A DNA stretch of 64,000 nucleotides, taken from contig NC_081331.1 of NCBI RefSeq assembly GCF_022539665.2, positions 5,270,001 to 5,334,000 of the forward strand. Reading direction: 5' to 3'. Both the position numbers and the translations under genes were made by a program. Source of the DNA: Daphnia carinata (taxonomy: Eukaryota). Below, one piece after another: positions 1 through 26,149 of this stretch. Each line of letters opens with the position of its first letter. Positions within the stretch are counted from its first letter, which is position 1. The notes under the pieces are model-generated. The model searched no databases and was not told the DNA's origin. It was given only the letters and a program-made list of their open reading frames with translations.

Positions 1-17
1 AATTCAAAATGATTTAC

Positions 18-12282
<12,265 letters not shown>

Positions 12283-15200
12283 CTATTGGCACTACTGCCT
12301 CTGTTGAGAGGTAAGATCCATTAATTGCAGTCATTAACGTACGACAACTGTTGTAAATTTCAGTTCAACGGTTGAAATAGCTTATGTGAATTACAAGTCG
12401 AAACTTAACCCAATGCGGAAAGCCAAACAAAAAAACGGACATTGCGTATATACGTAATTCGAAAAAAAAGGAAAGAAATCAAACGGAGATGAGGGGAGGA
12501 GAATAAGTAGAGAAAAGAAACAGAGAGTAGGAGGATCTGGAATCCATCCAGTCATAAAGTTAACAACACGAATGATGAATGACGCTCTCGGCTTTTGCTC
12601 TCTTTTCTCCTCCTTTGCAACACCCGATCCACCACCCTCCCCCGAAATTCCCGCAAAAGAAGGAGGAGGTCGGGATGGCTTGCCAAATTCCGCATCTTTT
12701 TTATTTCTTTTTTGGCTGCAAGACTTGTATGTGTGATGTTCATTCCATCTTGTTTGATATTTGTTTTTTTTTTCCTTTTCAAGGAGAGATTTCGGGAGTT
12801 GTGGTGCGCTTGCGTGAGTACCATCTAAACACGTCTTGAACGTTACTCAGAAGTAAGAATTCGGATAAATGCTATTATCGATTGGACGATCTTGTTTCAT
12901 CATCATCACTCAAAAAGGCGTTGAAATCGAAGGAAAAGAGGTAAGTTAGTTTTTGTGCAATAATGGAGTTGTCAATGATGACATAATCGCAGGGAAACGT
13001 TTCGGAAAATGTGGAATTTTTGCGATTAGGCCTGGTTGCGTAAGCCCATTTCTAGGACAATGGCAATTCAAAAACAAATCGAACATTAATTAATGAATGG
13101 CCATCTTCGGTTGCGATCAAATGTAAAAGAAGACGCGTTCTTTTAAATCAGGAAATGCATGGTGTTACCTCAAGTCTTTTCGTCTAATCTCCTTGTGGCT
13201 TCATTCTCCTCCGAGCAGGACACACAGGATATTGGAAGAAAATTCTTTCATTCATGCCATCCTTTAGAGTCTGTGACATCTTCGTTCCCCCTGACTACCC
13301 GAGCAGTCGCAAATGATAAGAGGATCTATCTCAAATAGAGCGGATACCTTGGCCTCTATTCACGCATTCTTACAGAGATATACATCAACGTAGACTATCA
13401 TAGCTGTTAACAATACATTTCCCCTTTTCTTGCGAATCTTTAGACTGACGTGTCCCATCAGTCTGTTTGAATAAAGCAGTGCCGGAAGTTCTCGAAGGAA
13501 AACACGGTTTGACAGGAACCCCAACTGCGTGAGGAACTGGGCAAAATCCAATCGGCAATTATGGGGGTGAAAACGGGCGGAAATCGACAGAGCTGAAGGA
13601 ATCGATAATGAAATGAAGCAAAGAAAACGAGTAATATGTACCATGCCACTCTTTTCGTGAGAAGATTAGTCGCGGTTTTGGCATCATCTCGCTAGCTGAA
13701 GGATTAGGTCAAGAAACGACAGTGTTCAACTTCATATTAGCTTCGGTTTGCCTTATTTGCGACGCTGATAACGTGCCACTAGTGAGACTTGGAAGGAAAA
13801 AAACGATTGTGACGTCTCAGCTCTCGTACTATAATTAAACAAAATTGTGTAATAAAATGGGAAATTCTGGAGAGGGGGGAATGTAGTGGTCAGGCGATGA
13901 CCAGTTTGAACTTGTTATTGTTATGAGCGTTCGCTTACGAATCATGGCGTTTTTGCTTGTCGCTATTGGCGTTCAATTCACGTGTCACGCAAACGTTTTT
14001 TCTTGTGAAATGTCAGCCACACACTTTTCAATTCAGTCGTGGTCAAGATGGTCAAAACGTTGAATCCACTTTGACTTGGTTTCGTTATCTGATTTTCTCA
14101 CAGTTTAAACAAAACGCACCGGCATTTCAAGTGGGCAAACTAGTTTAAGGAAAATCCCTCTCTTCAAATTTAGCTAATCACCAAAATGAGCGTGAATCAT
14201 GTGCCATTTAACGATTTTTGTTTTAAGCTTAACTCGATAAAAAAAAAAAAGGCCTGGCAATGAATGGCTATTGAGCAGACAATGAAGTCATTTCATTGTA
14301 CACCGATTGGACAAGGGGAATTAAAAAAAAAAGGAATTGAGAAAACCACTGCCACCTTATTCCTCTGGCTCCAGTCTGCTGGTGTCTCTGGCACGCAGGA
14401 GCCATGTCGAGGACGGGCGCCGGCTAGATTTTAAAAATAACACGCGGGATACTGAGAGAAAGAGACAGACCTCCTACACTCTACTTACACTCTCTTAGCT
14501 CCTTGCTCCAACTGCACTGAGAGCCAACGCAGAAAAAGATGAAAAAAAAAAGGGGGAAATTTCAAGTTGGCATTACGTCCCTGCTAAAAAAACTTGTTTT
14601 AATTCATTTCCTTTTATTATTGTAACGCCTGGTAAAAAGCAAAAAACGAAGGTCTAAATAAGTGGTAAATAGCAAAGTTTTTGGTGAAAGTTGGGAACAA
14701 TGGTCAGTCCCTAGTTAGAGATAAACTGGGACCAAAGTAAGTTGTCAATTAACAAACCCCCCCCCCCTCCCCCCCAAAAAAAGAAAATAGATAATCCAAA
14801 TGTCTTTTTCTTTTCTTTTGTGTTTTGTTACCTGAACGTGGATGAGAGCAAGGGGAGCTTCACTTTCCCTCGTTTTCTTCGTCGAACGCTCCGAGACGGA
14901 GAGAGATGCAAAAACTATGGGGGGGGGGATCGTTGGCAAAGAGTGGGACACAGAGAAGAGGCTTCCTACTTTTGTGTTTCTATTCCTTTCTTCTTCTTGA
15001 ATTTGATCAAAATTCTGGCTTTTTTTTTTCGTTTTCCACTGTTTCTCTACTTTTCCTTCTCCTGTCTGTGTTTTTCGATGGGTGAGGAGTAGGGCGGAAT
15101 AGTAGGTGGGGCGAGTGTAGGTAGCGAAAAAAGGAGGATAGAGAGAGTCGGGGCTGCGTGTGGCTGGACGAAGAGAGTTAAATTTACACTCCGGCGGGCC

Positions 15201-17966
15201 CCCAGTCGGCCGTTCTATTTCCAGCAGAAAGCAGAGCAGCAAAGGCAGGATCTCAGCGAAGGCAAGGAGCCGCTCTGTTTCCTCTCGGTTTTGTCTCGTT
15301 TTCAAATGCCGAAACAGCAGAAAAGAATCAAAGCAGAGAGAGAGAGAGAGAGTAACTAGCTAGCTTAGCTAAAGCCAGCCAGCTAACAAACCAGCCGGCC
15401 AGCTCAGCCAGCCAGCCGTTAGCAGTTGAACGAGAGAGGAAGATAGTTTTTGGGCCTTTTTGGCGCACTACTCCCCGCCGGCAATCCGAGTTGTGGTCGC
15501 TGTAGTTGTCGTTGTAATACTGGCGATGCACCACACACCACCACTGCCCACCTTCTGCCGCTGCTCCTCCTCCTCCTAGTCCTTCTTCGGATTCTCCTTG
15601 CTGACGCGGAAAAAACCGATGACGCTCAAGTCGCGTCCAGTTCGGTGCCGACTCAAGTGGCACTGCCGCACACGCACCAAGTGCAGACGACTGGCGACGA
15701 TCCGTCGTCGTCAGTCGTTCCAGCACAACCAAAACACCCCAGCCAACAACAACGGCCAGGATCTTTTACGATCACGTCGTGTCACACTTTTTTTTTTTTC
15801 CTACACACTTTCCGTACGATGCGAAACATTCACCAACAAATTCTTTTGCCTTAAAGAATTTTCGCCTTTTCAAACGCTAACCGGTAGGGACATTTTCTAA
15901 AAACAAAAAATGGCTATGAATTATTTTTACTTTTCAGGGCCAGCGATGTAAAACGATCCGCCAAAAGTTCCTTTTTTTTTCAATTGAAAACGTCTTGCAA
16001 AAAGGGGGTACCGTTCGAAAAAAAAAAAGAGCCAAATCAAATAGAATCGTGCAAAGGTTGAAGTAAATAGAGGCACCAAACGAGTACAAATAATGTGGGA
16101 TAAAAATGAAATAAAACAATAGGGACACACGTCATATATCCACTGCAGTTTGCCCACTTGTGTCGCACAATGCAAATTGGCTGTTGAATCCAACCCTTCC
16201 TATTTTCAATTACGATCCAAGGCTAAACGAAACTGAATCGTCCCCAAAACTTTAGCGAGACCTTGCCCGCACGAAATTAAAAAAGAGATGATCGCACAAA
16301 AGAATTCCTAAAATGAAATTCCACACTTTTCAGTGCACCAACGTTGTCCGTTTTTTTTTTTTTTTTTGTTAAAAGCAAAAAGGCAGAGAAATTAAAAGCC
16401 AAAAAAAAAAAAAAAAGAACAACAAAAAAAAAGGGAGAGAACCAACTTTTTGTTTGACGGACGGAATAACAAAATCCCCCCCCAAAAAAATTACGTCGTT
16501 GAAGATGTGGAGTAGAGTAGTTGTGGGCAAGGCCGCGGCCGGCGACCGACTGAACGTACACCTCGTCTTTTGGTCGGAGAATTTCTCGTGTGAAAAAAAA
16601 ATACGAAGGAACGCACAAGGAGTGAGGAAGAATCGACGGTAGCGCCGCTGTCGGATACTGCGCATGAGTCGGCGTCGATGTGTGAGACATGCTGGTAGGT
16701 GACGTGCACACCCATTCTTCATGAATCTAATAAAGCATGAAGCTCTCTCCCAAGTAACCATCAGGAAAAGGGACAAACATTTTTAATGGAACGACAAGTT
16801 TCGCTAGTAAAAATGTTGACCTGTGCACCCCCTCTTCATTATGGCTGCCATCGAGCATTTACTTTTTTACCTAATAGATATAAAATGACGTGTGTGAAAT
16901 GCCAAGGCTTCGATCCGGACAAAAGCGGATCGCACAAAAAGTGACCACAACGGCAAAAAAAAAAAAACGCAAAGAATAATAAACAACGTCGGTATTAAAT
17001 AAGAAATAAGAGCGTCGACAAATATCAATAACGACTTGAGCATGTTCAATGAAGTGACCGAAGGTTGCGTGTCGGGAATAATAAATACATCCCCCCAAAA
17101 CTCGCCTTGGTCTCTGATGGGGCTGCGGCCATCCGGGTCGAAAGTGACTGTGCTCCTTCATGTCCACACTAGGTATACACGCATAAAGGAAAAAGAAGGG
17201 GAGATCATGGTTGCCATGGCAACTTGACGACCCACACTTGGAAATGATCCACTACACAGGACCGTCCTGGCTCCCCATGCTACTTTTGTCTATCCCAATG
17301 AAGAGGAAAGACAGTGGGTGGGTAGACACTATCAACGTCACTGGTTATAAAACATTCGGTAAGCTTGTGAGGCAGCATACTAGAGTATATGGTAGGCTAC
17401 ACCCGTACCGGTATATAGCACCTACCCAACAGCAAACTGATCCCCCCCCCCCCGCTCCCACCTTCCGCTTTCTGACGTAAAGCCGCTCGGTAGGTCTTCA
17501 TGTCACGATCGCAATCTTCGCCTGTCTCTACCCAATACGATCCTGTTAACAAAGGATTGACGCAAGAAATGTTTCGCCTTGTTTTCGGTGTATCACTAGC
17601 ACACGTTTGTGTTGGGAACGCATGCTAAGATTCGTCCGCAGTCACCTCAGTGAACAAGTCCGAAAGCGATTAGCTTTTTCTAACAGTCGGCTTCTTCCCT
17701 GCCCCACTCTCTCCCTACATAGTAACGAGTCATTATTGTATGTATAAGATTGTAATCAAAGTTCTCTTGTACCTTTGTGTTTTCGCCTTTTTTCTTTCGA
17801 AAAACGACCATGTAATTATATTATAAGTAGATGGGTTAATAAAAGAAAAAAAAATTTAAAGTAGCACTATATAATACCATTATCAACTGAAGAGAAAAGC
17901 AATCTAGGAAAGGATGAGGCAGGAGAAAGTGTCCATTTCATGAGAAAATGTTGATATTTGACCACC

Positions 17967-20900
17967 CTATGCGTCCAATTTGAATTTGTCCGGCTCAAAC
18001 ACTTGCTTTAAGACACCGCTAAGGATAGCCTCTTTGTCGACCAGCGTGGCACATTTTTTCTTCCATGACGGCCAAGTCTTCCTGTCCGCTTCGCAGCTGA
18101 TGACGATCTTATTGTCGTCCACTGAATTATCGCTTTCTTCAAAGTAAATTCCGCCGCACGATTCAACGATTTCTTTTTCGAAGTTTACGGAAAAAAGTTT
18201 GATAACAAAACGAGTGAGTGGAAATTTTAAATATAATTCTACCTTGCATTTCAACCGGTTTCGGTACGACGGATGGCGTTGCGTGAAAAATCCACCCGGA
18301 CAAAAGCGGAGTCTCTTTCGCAACTTCGAGACTTTCAGAAAGTTTGAAATTAAACTTTTCCTCGCCCGCTTTGTCTAAGAGCAAATGCAACCATGGATCT
18401 GGAACATTGTCAAAGTCTCAAAGATATTACCACGTGAAACTATGAGATATCATTCCCATAAATGATTACCTACAAACTTTCTGCTGGAACGGCATTTAGT
18501 TAACCATTCCACACCGACTATCGGGGTGCCCAGGCCGACGCAACAAAGAAATTTCAGAGTTCGGCGAATACGGTCCGTTACCAAGACAGAACAGTCTTTA
18601 AATGTCGTAACAACTCGTCCTCCTGAACATACCCATTTAATTTAATTCATTAATGACAAAACGTGTGTCTTACCGAGGCTTTCCACAATTTTGCCATGTT
18701 CGCCATCATCGTTAATGACCGTGAATAAGACTCGAACCTACGTAAAAAATCATTTCCATTATTTATTTAAAAAAAATAAAAACCTGATTCATTACCTGGC
18801 CAGCCAGAGGTCTTTTCCGCCTGCGTGTGGCCTCCGGGATGGATGGCGAACTAGATGCGATAGAGGACGTGTCTGTGTTGTTGTTAACGCCACGTTTACT
18901 TCGACGTTGTGATGTTGTTTTATTCAAGGCACTTTCGCTAACCGACTCGTTCATCGGTTCTTGTTTGATTTGGTTTCTTGTTTTCCTAGTCGTCACCGGT
19001 GTGGTCGCTTTTGCTGGCCCAGTAACTGTGGCTGTATTGCCTTTCTTTCGTCCACCGCGAGTATTCCGCGTTGTTCGATTGCTCGCTATTGCGCTTTCCC
19101 CACCTGATTCAGCTGCATCGGATAAGGCAAGCGAGACTGGCGCTAGCCTGGCAACGGATTTTGGTTCATCCATTGATTCGACTTCAAGTTTCACCGGCCG
19201 AGCCGGTCGGCTAGAAGAACGTTTTTTAGCTGCAACAGACTCTACATCATCCGGTTGGTCAGGTGGCTCCACCTTGATTTTTCTCCGTGGCCGTCCTGGA
19301 CGACGTTTAATCGTCGGCTCAGATGCGTCCGTCTCATCGGAAGACATGACCTCTACTTTGACCGCTGTTTTAGATAGTTGAACCGTACGCCGTTTGGGCG
19401 CGACAGGTTCCACTCGATCCGGTTCTATAAAATCTAATGTGTTTCGCCTCTTGGGCACGGGTTTGCGAGATGATCGTCTAGGAGTTGGTAATTTTACATC
19501 GATCAGTTCAGCAGATGGCGCTAATGGAGCTGCCATATCCTGGGATGCCTTGGCCTCTTCCAAAGCATCTACTTGATTGCTGACTATTACTTGCCGAATT
19601 TTCTCTAAATGAATTGTTGGTTCTTCTACTTCAGTAGCTTCAAACCCAACAAAAGGTGGATCTGCTGTTGGTGCAAACGCTGTAGGCGTGGGCAATGCAG
19701 AATAATGAGAAGCAAAAGTGAGTTCGAAATCGCTTTCGATTGATACAGCATCTTCCCTTGCTCGGCGCTCTTCTTCACTGTTATCGAGATCCATATCGTG
19801 TGGGGTTGATGTTCGGTTATTTATAGAGGAATTGACTTCAGGTAGCAGTTTGCGGCAAGCTTGACCAGACCGACGGATAATTTTCCTCTTTTTCCGAGGA
19901 GTTTCTTCATCACCTGATAGTGATTCGACCACAAAGGGCGTTTCGGCCACGAAAGGTATTTCTTTAGAGGCCACGGATGTAACGGGAACGAAGGGGGTTT
20001 CGGCCACAAAGGCTGGCGATCCTTGGAAGTGGAAAGCTGGAGAAATAGCTTGTGTTTCTTCATCTGATTCTTCGTTATCTGAACCATGGAAATCAAAGAC
20101 GGGCGATACAACTGGTATAGTGACGCGATCCATTTCTAGGGTAGGATCATTTACTGAATCATTGGCGTCTTGCTTCTTTTCGGATTCGGTAGTTAAATTT
20201 TGGCTTGGTTCAGGACAAGGTGAAGAAACAACAAAGAGATCCGGAGATAAAGGACATGAATCATCAGCTTCGAAATCCCAGTTGTCAACTTTTTTCAAAG
20301 CACTCCAAGCTTCTGTCCTCTGAAGAGGGTTTCTATCTTCCATACTTTGGGTGGAGGGTACTTCCTGGATGGAACTCAGCGGGTGAACAGGAGAAGATGG
20401 TAAGGTTTCGCAATCAGAATCCTCATCTTTTTTCTCTAGCATAAGGGTTGAACCCGAAGAAGCTACTCTATCAGAAAAATGCATTAAATTAGGATTGACC
20501 TGGGTTCGATCCTCGTTGTCATCTTCAATTTCCATATCACTTGAAGTACTAGTTCTCATCACCCGTGATAGCATATCACAATTGGATTCTGGAAAATGCA
20601 ATAGAACAAGATTAGGTATATCCGTTAAGGGTTACTTTATATTTTCTCCAACCTGCCGATAAACCAAAATTCCTTTTTCCAACAGAAAGCGGTTCGGTAT
20701 TTGAACGAACGCCTAGTGGTTGTGTTGGGCCGTCATACAAGGGGGTTACAGCTCTTGCAGACTCTCCCGCGGAACTACTTTTCTTGTAACAGCCTGGTGA
20801 GCCCATTTTTGTATTGTAGTGTACTGGAGAAATGGGGAGAGTTTCTAAATCTGATAAAGATGTATTTTGGCTAGTTGGTGATGGTGATGTGCAGGTTTCT

Positions 20901-21470
20901 TCACGGGAACAGCTAAGTGTGTCTGGATTGGTAATGACGAGCCTTTGTGTGGGGCCATCGTATAAAGCAATTTCTGGGCTAGTACAATCTTGGTTTAATA
21001 TACCAATATCTGGAGGATGTAGTGGAGGAAGTGGCTGGGTTTTGTCGTCATCAACCAATATCATTGTGGATCTGATAGATGGTGTTTTTGTTTGCTGGAA
21101 GTCAACTTCATCACAGAGGGAATCCTGGCACAGAACTGGAGATTCTGGTATTGTGTCACAATCAGAATCAAAGTCTTCTGTAGGTATCTGTTTTGTTTCT
21201 AATAACGAAGTTTGAGCCACAGCTGATGGGGATTTGCATATTACAGCTGTGTTGATGAATTTCAGTGGTTGGGTTGGACCATCATAAAGCACATTACCGG
21301 CATTCAAGGTACATTCAATGTGTTTCTCAAAACCTGCTTTGTTTTCCCCATTGCCAATTTCTCCAATGGCCTGGGTTTCCTTATCGTATATGCTGTCCGA
21401 ACAGTCCGAAGCGTCATACTCGTAAGGGACAGTAGACATGGAACTCAGGTCCTCTTCCGAATCACACATT
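17967..21470 (-). CDS. MDC1: MDC1-like DNA-damage mediator: long acidic S/T/Q-rich region plus C-terminal tandem BRCT
   Basis: Exons ~21470-20654, ~20590-18796, ~18738-18674 (VRVLFTV...IVESLG), ~18622-18471 (CSVLVTDRIRRTLKFLCCVGLGTPIVGVEWL), ~18399-18244 (DPW...EEKFNFKLSESL...LLSGWIFHATPSVVP), ~18171-17967 (EIVESCGG...VISCEAD...EAILSGVLKQ). The BRCT pair resembles the MDC1/PTIP type. A single C-terminal pair after a long disordered region favours MDC1. Confidence 0.8.
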
Positions 21471-21688
21471 CTGTTTCGCTTTGAATAACCGTTTTTTAAC
21501 ACTGATTTTTTTCTTTTTATAATTACTATATCAATTAAAATAACGAAATTTACTTTGTTAGGGACGGCAATTCCCGCGCCACATGTTTCTATAGCATCTT
21601 ATTCAAAACATAGCAGACGATAAACGATCGCAGTAACTTAGGAAAATAAGTAAACATTGGACACCACAATGGCTCTTGGTTTTCTTGG

Positions 21689-22942
21689 ATGAAACTAATT
21701 TGCATGAAAAAACATATACCAATGGCCGACTTTCAGAAAAAAGACAAATTCAATTGCAAGTACGCTGATTGCCTTTACAGCGAAGGTTCACGGTTATATT
21801 TCGAAAAATATCGTTATTTGAAACAGGTATGTCTATCATATCGTAATCCGCTCATAATAATTGTATTTTAGCCATTTTTTAAATGCAGCATTATGATAAA
21901 GTCCACAACACAAAAATATATGAATGTACTAAATGCTTTAAAAAATTTGGGACCACAACTCTTCAGAGAAGCCACATGAGTTACTGTGGCAGAGAATTCA
22001 AGTGCTCCTGTGGTGTTGTGTACAAGAGCAATGAAGCTCTCTTGACTCATGCAAAACGAAAAAGACACCCTTTGGGTCCTTTGCCCAGGTAACTAAATAA
22101 GGTTATTTCATATTGAAAACATTCAAATATTTTTTTTTGGTTTAGAGCCATTGGAATAGAATCAACTAATGGGAAACATATTCAGTCACCCAGTACTGCA
22201 CACTCTTTATCAATAAACTTTTCTGCTGGCTCACAATTGATAATTTTGCAATCAAACAACCATGGACATCCCAAATCTCAAAGCTTAACTGAAAAAGGCA
22301 CACAGGAATGTTCGATGCATATAATGGATGCAGCTGTTTTCAGTAGATTATCAGCAGCTGTTGCTCTGAGTGAACTTGCATTAACTAACCCTTCTAATCA
22401 ATTGCCAGAGAAGAGAGAAGTGTCGACACAAACAGATAGTAGTATTCCTGATTTATGGTTGAACACAGTTCAAGAAGAAACAAGCAGCCTGGATTCTAAG
22501 GTAAACCCATCTTTTAAGGATACAGTGAATATGAAATGTCCATGTATGATGCCATTGCAACCCTACTTTCTAGATCCAAGACTTTGGCACGCAAACGGAG
22601 GATGTTGACTTCAATGTGGTTTTGAATCCTGAATCACCTCAGAACCCTTGTAGTCCGTGGTTAGGGCTACAAGCTTTTAGTGCCGAAACGCAAACAGTTG
22701 ACGAAGACGCCGTTTTGCGACCTTTCAATTTGTGCAATATACAAACCCAGACGCCGTGGAACGAAATGAGTGACGATGATACAACAGAACTCGCCCATAC
22801 AGAAACGCAAACCCTGTTGTCTTCTTTTTTCATAGATGATGGCAACGTTCCAGAATGTCAGGGTGAGCGAAGAATGAATTCTTTCTTGGTTAAACAAAAT
22901 TCTGAAGATGCCGGTACTGACCCTATGGAAATCTTTGATTGA
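21689..22942 (+). CDS. ATMIN: ATM interactor / ASCIZ zinc-finger protein with LC8-binding TQT motifs
   Basis: Exons 21689-21826, 21889-22088, 22146-22500, 22574-22942. The zinc fingers CKYADC...LKQHYDKVH, CTKCFKKF...HMSYCG and FKCSCG...LLTHAKRKRH follow the ATMIN pattern. The tail carries VSTQTD, FGTQTE, AETQTV, IQTQTP and TETQTL. Confidence 0.9.
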
Positions 22943-23253
22943 AAGTACCCAAAAAAAGTATTAACTCGTAATATCCCAAACTGATTTATGATCAAACAAA
23001 GTACGGAATGGAATATAATATATATTTTCGCGCGTGTGCGTGTGCCAGATTTTCATGTAATGCGGATGTTATTAAAGTACAAAATAACAAATCAAAGTAG
23101 GCGATAGGCAGATACGATGCAAATACTTTGCTCGTCATATCATGCGGGCGGAATATCCCTGGTATCACGAAGAGTCGAAATAAATACCAGCGTAGGAGAA
23201 AAACGATTATGCGAGATCATTTTCGTATAATAATGGCTTTAACAATTTCTTTT

Positions 23254-25141
23254 TTAGTTGTCCCTTTCGCGTTTTGTTCGTACTTCTTCGATACGCTCCA
23301 TGCTTTGTAGTGCCGCTGCCACCACACGCAGATGGTCTACACCCGCTAAAAGATCTCTAAAAACATAAACAAACAATCACTCTTCGGCCCACTGTTAAAT
23401 CGAATTAAGATGTTGCTGTACCTGATGGACCTTTCAGCACTGTTGGCAGCTGTTTGGAGTTCTTGTGCAGTGTGGCTCAGGCTTCGTGACTGACTCGGAC
23501 TAGTTTCCTCGTTGTACTGTAGGCGAATGGCTTCTTGTAAGCTCTTGACTTCATCCTGGTTAGAACCAACTTGAATTTAACGGGTTTCACTGGCGATTAT
23601 ATTGCTTACCTGAAGCCGTCGGTTTTCTTTCTTCAGCTGGACAACTTGGCTTTCCGATTGCGCGGCCCGTTGCTATATCAGGTACAATCAAACTACAACC
23701 ACTTTCACAAATCTTGGACAAATAAAGTTATTACCGTGGCAATCTTCAAATTAGACTCGATTTGTTCCATGGACCGCTCCAGGGATGAGGCTTCTTCTGA
23801 TTCTCTCCGTCGATGCTCTTCTAGAAGTGTTTCTAGCCGGTCAATCCTTAAAAATAAGACCAATTTTCCAGCTCTAATGAATTATCAAATTGGTTTTGGC
23901 TTTTTTACCGAGCGAGAGCCATCCGTTCATTTGTAATAGCCATTTCTAGTTGCTGTCGCAATCTTGCATTTTCTTCCAATATCGTGCTGTTGTGAGGCAT
24001 AACTTGATTTCCGGGCGAGGTTTCTATCGATTCCTGGTTCATTCGGCCCGATTGCATAGGCCCATCGGAGAGAAAATCAGGAAGTTGCGTCAGGCTGTTT
24101 ACGTTTTCATTGTTGTTAATTTCATGGGCCTTGAAAATGAAAGTTAGTTAACATTAACAAAGAACTTCAACACAGCGATGGATGCTTGTACAACATGATT
24201 CACCTGCGCTGCGTCAGGAAGGACTGGTTCCTCATGAGGTTGTACATCGTTAAGAATAACTGAGGAATTCAAATTCGCTAAATCTAATGTACCCAATTGC
24301 TCAACATCATCCTCTATATGAGGGGAAGCAAAGTTTGCTATGTCCAAAGGTATTGGCATTGCTCCTAAAGGCAAAACCCATTGAGCTATGAATTAGATGG
24401 AACGCATAAGGATATGTTACCAGCTGCATGTATAGGACTGTGGCTCCTTGGGAGATCTAGTGGACTGTCAGATGAAATTGTATTATTTCCAAAACCCTGA
24501 TCTGGAACATGATACCCATTTAAATAGCTAACTGAGTTTAAATCATGTTCAACCCCAAGATAGTCTTGAACAAAGTCTGGAAGTCCACAAGGGCTTATAA
24601 CATCACTGTCAAGTCCATGTCTTGAAGTTCTTGTTTTGGTTTTTGGTCTTGCCCCTCCACACCGGGTGGCTTCAAACTCTTCTTCTGACATTCTGTGCTG
24701 ATCAGGCTGGGGGCATGGACCAGTATTTTGAGAACGTCTTAGAAAATGCCTAAATGAGAAGGGGTTCTCTTCTCTTGTACCTGAAAAAAGCCAAAATTGT
24801 AGTTTAATCCTATGTTTTGTCAGAAAAAAGAAAACTTAATATATTGCTTGGGTTCGCACAGTGGGACCCCAACATAGTAGTATGTTTAGAATTCACTTTA
24901 AAAACTACGACATCATTCCCCTTGTATCCTAGAATCCATATACGAACTTTTCAGAGACTCAAAACAGTTAGGTGAAATAGTCAAGCACAAATACCGTGCT
25001 CATTGTGAAACTGTTATGGTTACCTGTGGAAGCACTGGCTGATGGTTGCGCAAATCCACCGATCGCTCCTTCACTCTGATCATTATTTTTCTCGCGATTG
25101 TCACTGGATTCATTCTCTTCTTTTGTACCGTCAGCATCCAT
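23254..25141 (-). CDS. ENTR1: Endosome-associated trafficking regulator 1 (SDCCAG3) homolog with coiled-coil C-terminus
   Basis: Multi-exon gene from ATG 25141 (MDADGTKEEN). It has EENPFSFRHFL and LPDFVQDYL motifs, coiled-coil exons, and ends ...LRVVAAALQSMERIEEVRTKRERDN*. Confidence 0.8.
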
Positions 25142-25409
25142 GATTTGTGTTAATTTGTTTCTTTTCTTTGCCTTCTATCTGCCCGCTATTGTCGAAAAAA
25201 CGAAGACCAAAAACAAACAAACGCCATCTATGGAATCCATCTTTAACCGCGAAAACCTATGATCCGGCTTCATCTGGATTAGATCCGTAGTCGTGTAGTC
25301 TGCTTCATTTGCAATTTGTACGTATAGTGTGACACATACTTCAATCTGTGTTGGTGCTAAAATACATTTTTCTGTGATTTTATTCATCGTTTTTTTAACC
25401 TAGTTTGAC

Positions 25410-25983
25410 ATGCAGATAAAAAAAGATAAACCGTCTCTTCCTTCAGTGTGGAATCGAATGCTATCGAAAAATTCCGAATGGCCTGATAAGGTATTTGTAA
25501 AAGTTATAACATTTTCCCGCTTCAAACAAACAAAGTTTTACAAAATTCATCTTCTGTTCTATTCACATTACTTTAGGATGAATTCCTTGATGTTATTTAT
25601 TGGGCTCGCCAAATACTTGCTGTCATTTTAGGTTTAATTTGGGGTGTATTTTCTTTGCAAGGATTCCTTGGGCTTGCTTTGTGAGTTTTAATATTGAGTG
25701 CAAGAGGTGTTGCTAAAGAAAGTTAAATGAATATTCAATTTTAGATTTGCATTAGCAAATGCTGGTATTCTGTATGTTTACTTCACATCCTTCCAGTCTG
25801 TTGATGAAGAGGAGTACGGTGGTGTTTGGGAATTGACCAAAGAAGGATTTATGACTTCTTTTGCAGGCTTCCTTGTGAGATTAAATAGTTGTAGGATTTC
25901 TTGTCAAGCCATATTAATGAAATGTATTTTTTTTTCTCCTTTAGGTGACATGGACAATAATTTACTCTGGCCTTCATCATTGA
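25410..25983 (+). CDS. RAB5IF: RAB5-interacting factor / C20orf24 (OPTI, EMC6-like small membrane protein)
   Basis: Exons 25410-25490, 25577-25680, 25745-25874, 25945-25983 encode WPDKDEFLDVIYWARQILAVILGLIWG...DEEEYGGVWELTKEGFMTSFAGFLVTWTIIYS. Confidence 0.95.
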
Positions 25984-26149
25984 ACTTTTCATCTTAAGGT
26001 TTCAAAAGTGAAATAAACTATCTTGTCATCAGGCATAACAAGTAGCAAGCATCTGTATATTTCTTGTGGTACCTACATATGGCAACTATAAGCTTGTAAA
26101 AAGACAATATAGGGGATAAGTGTTGATAATATATTGAAGTGATAAAATA

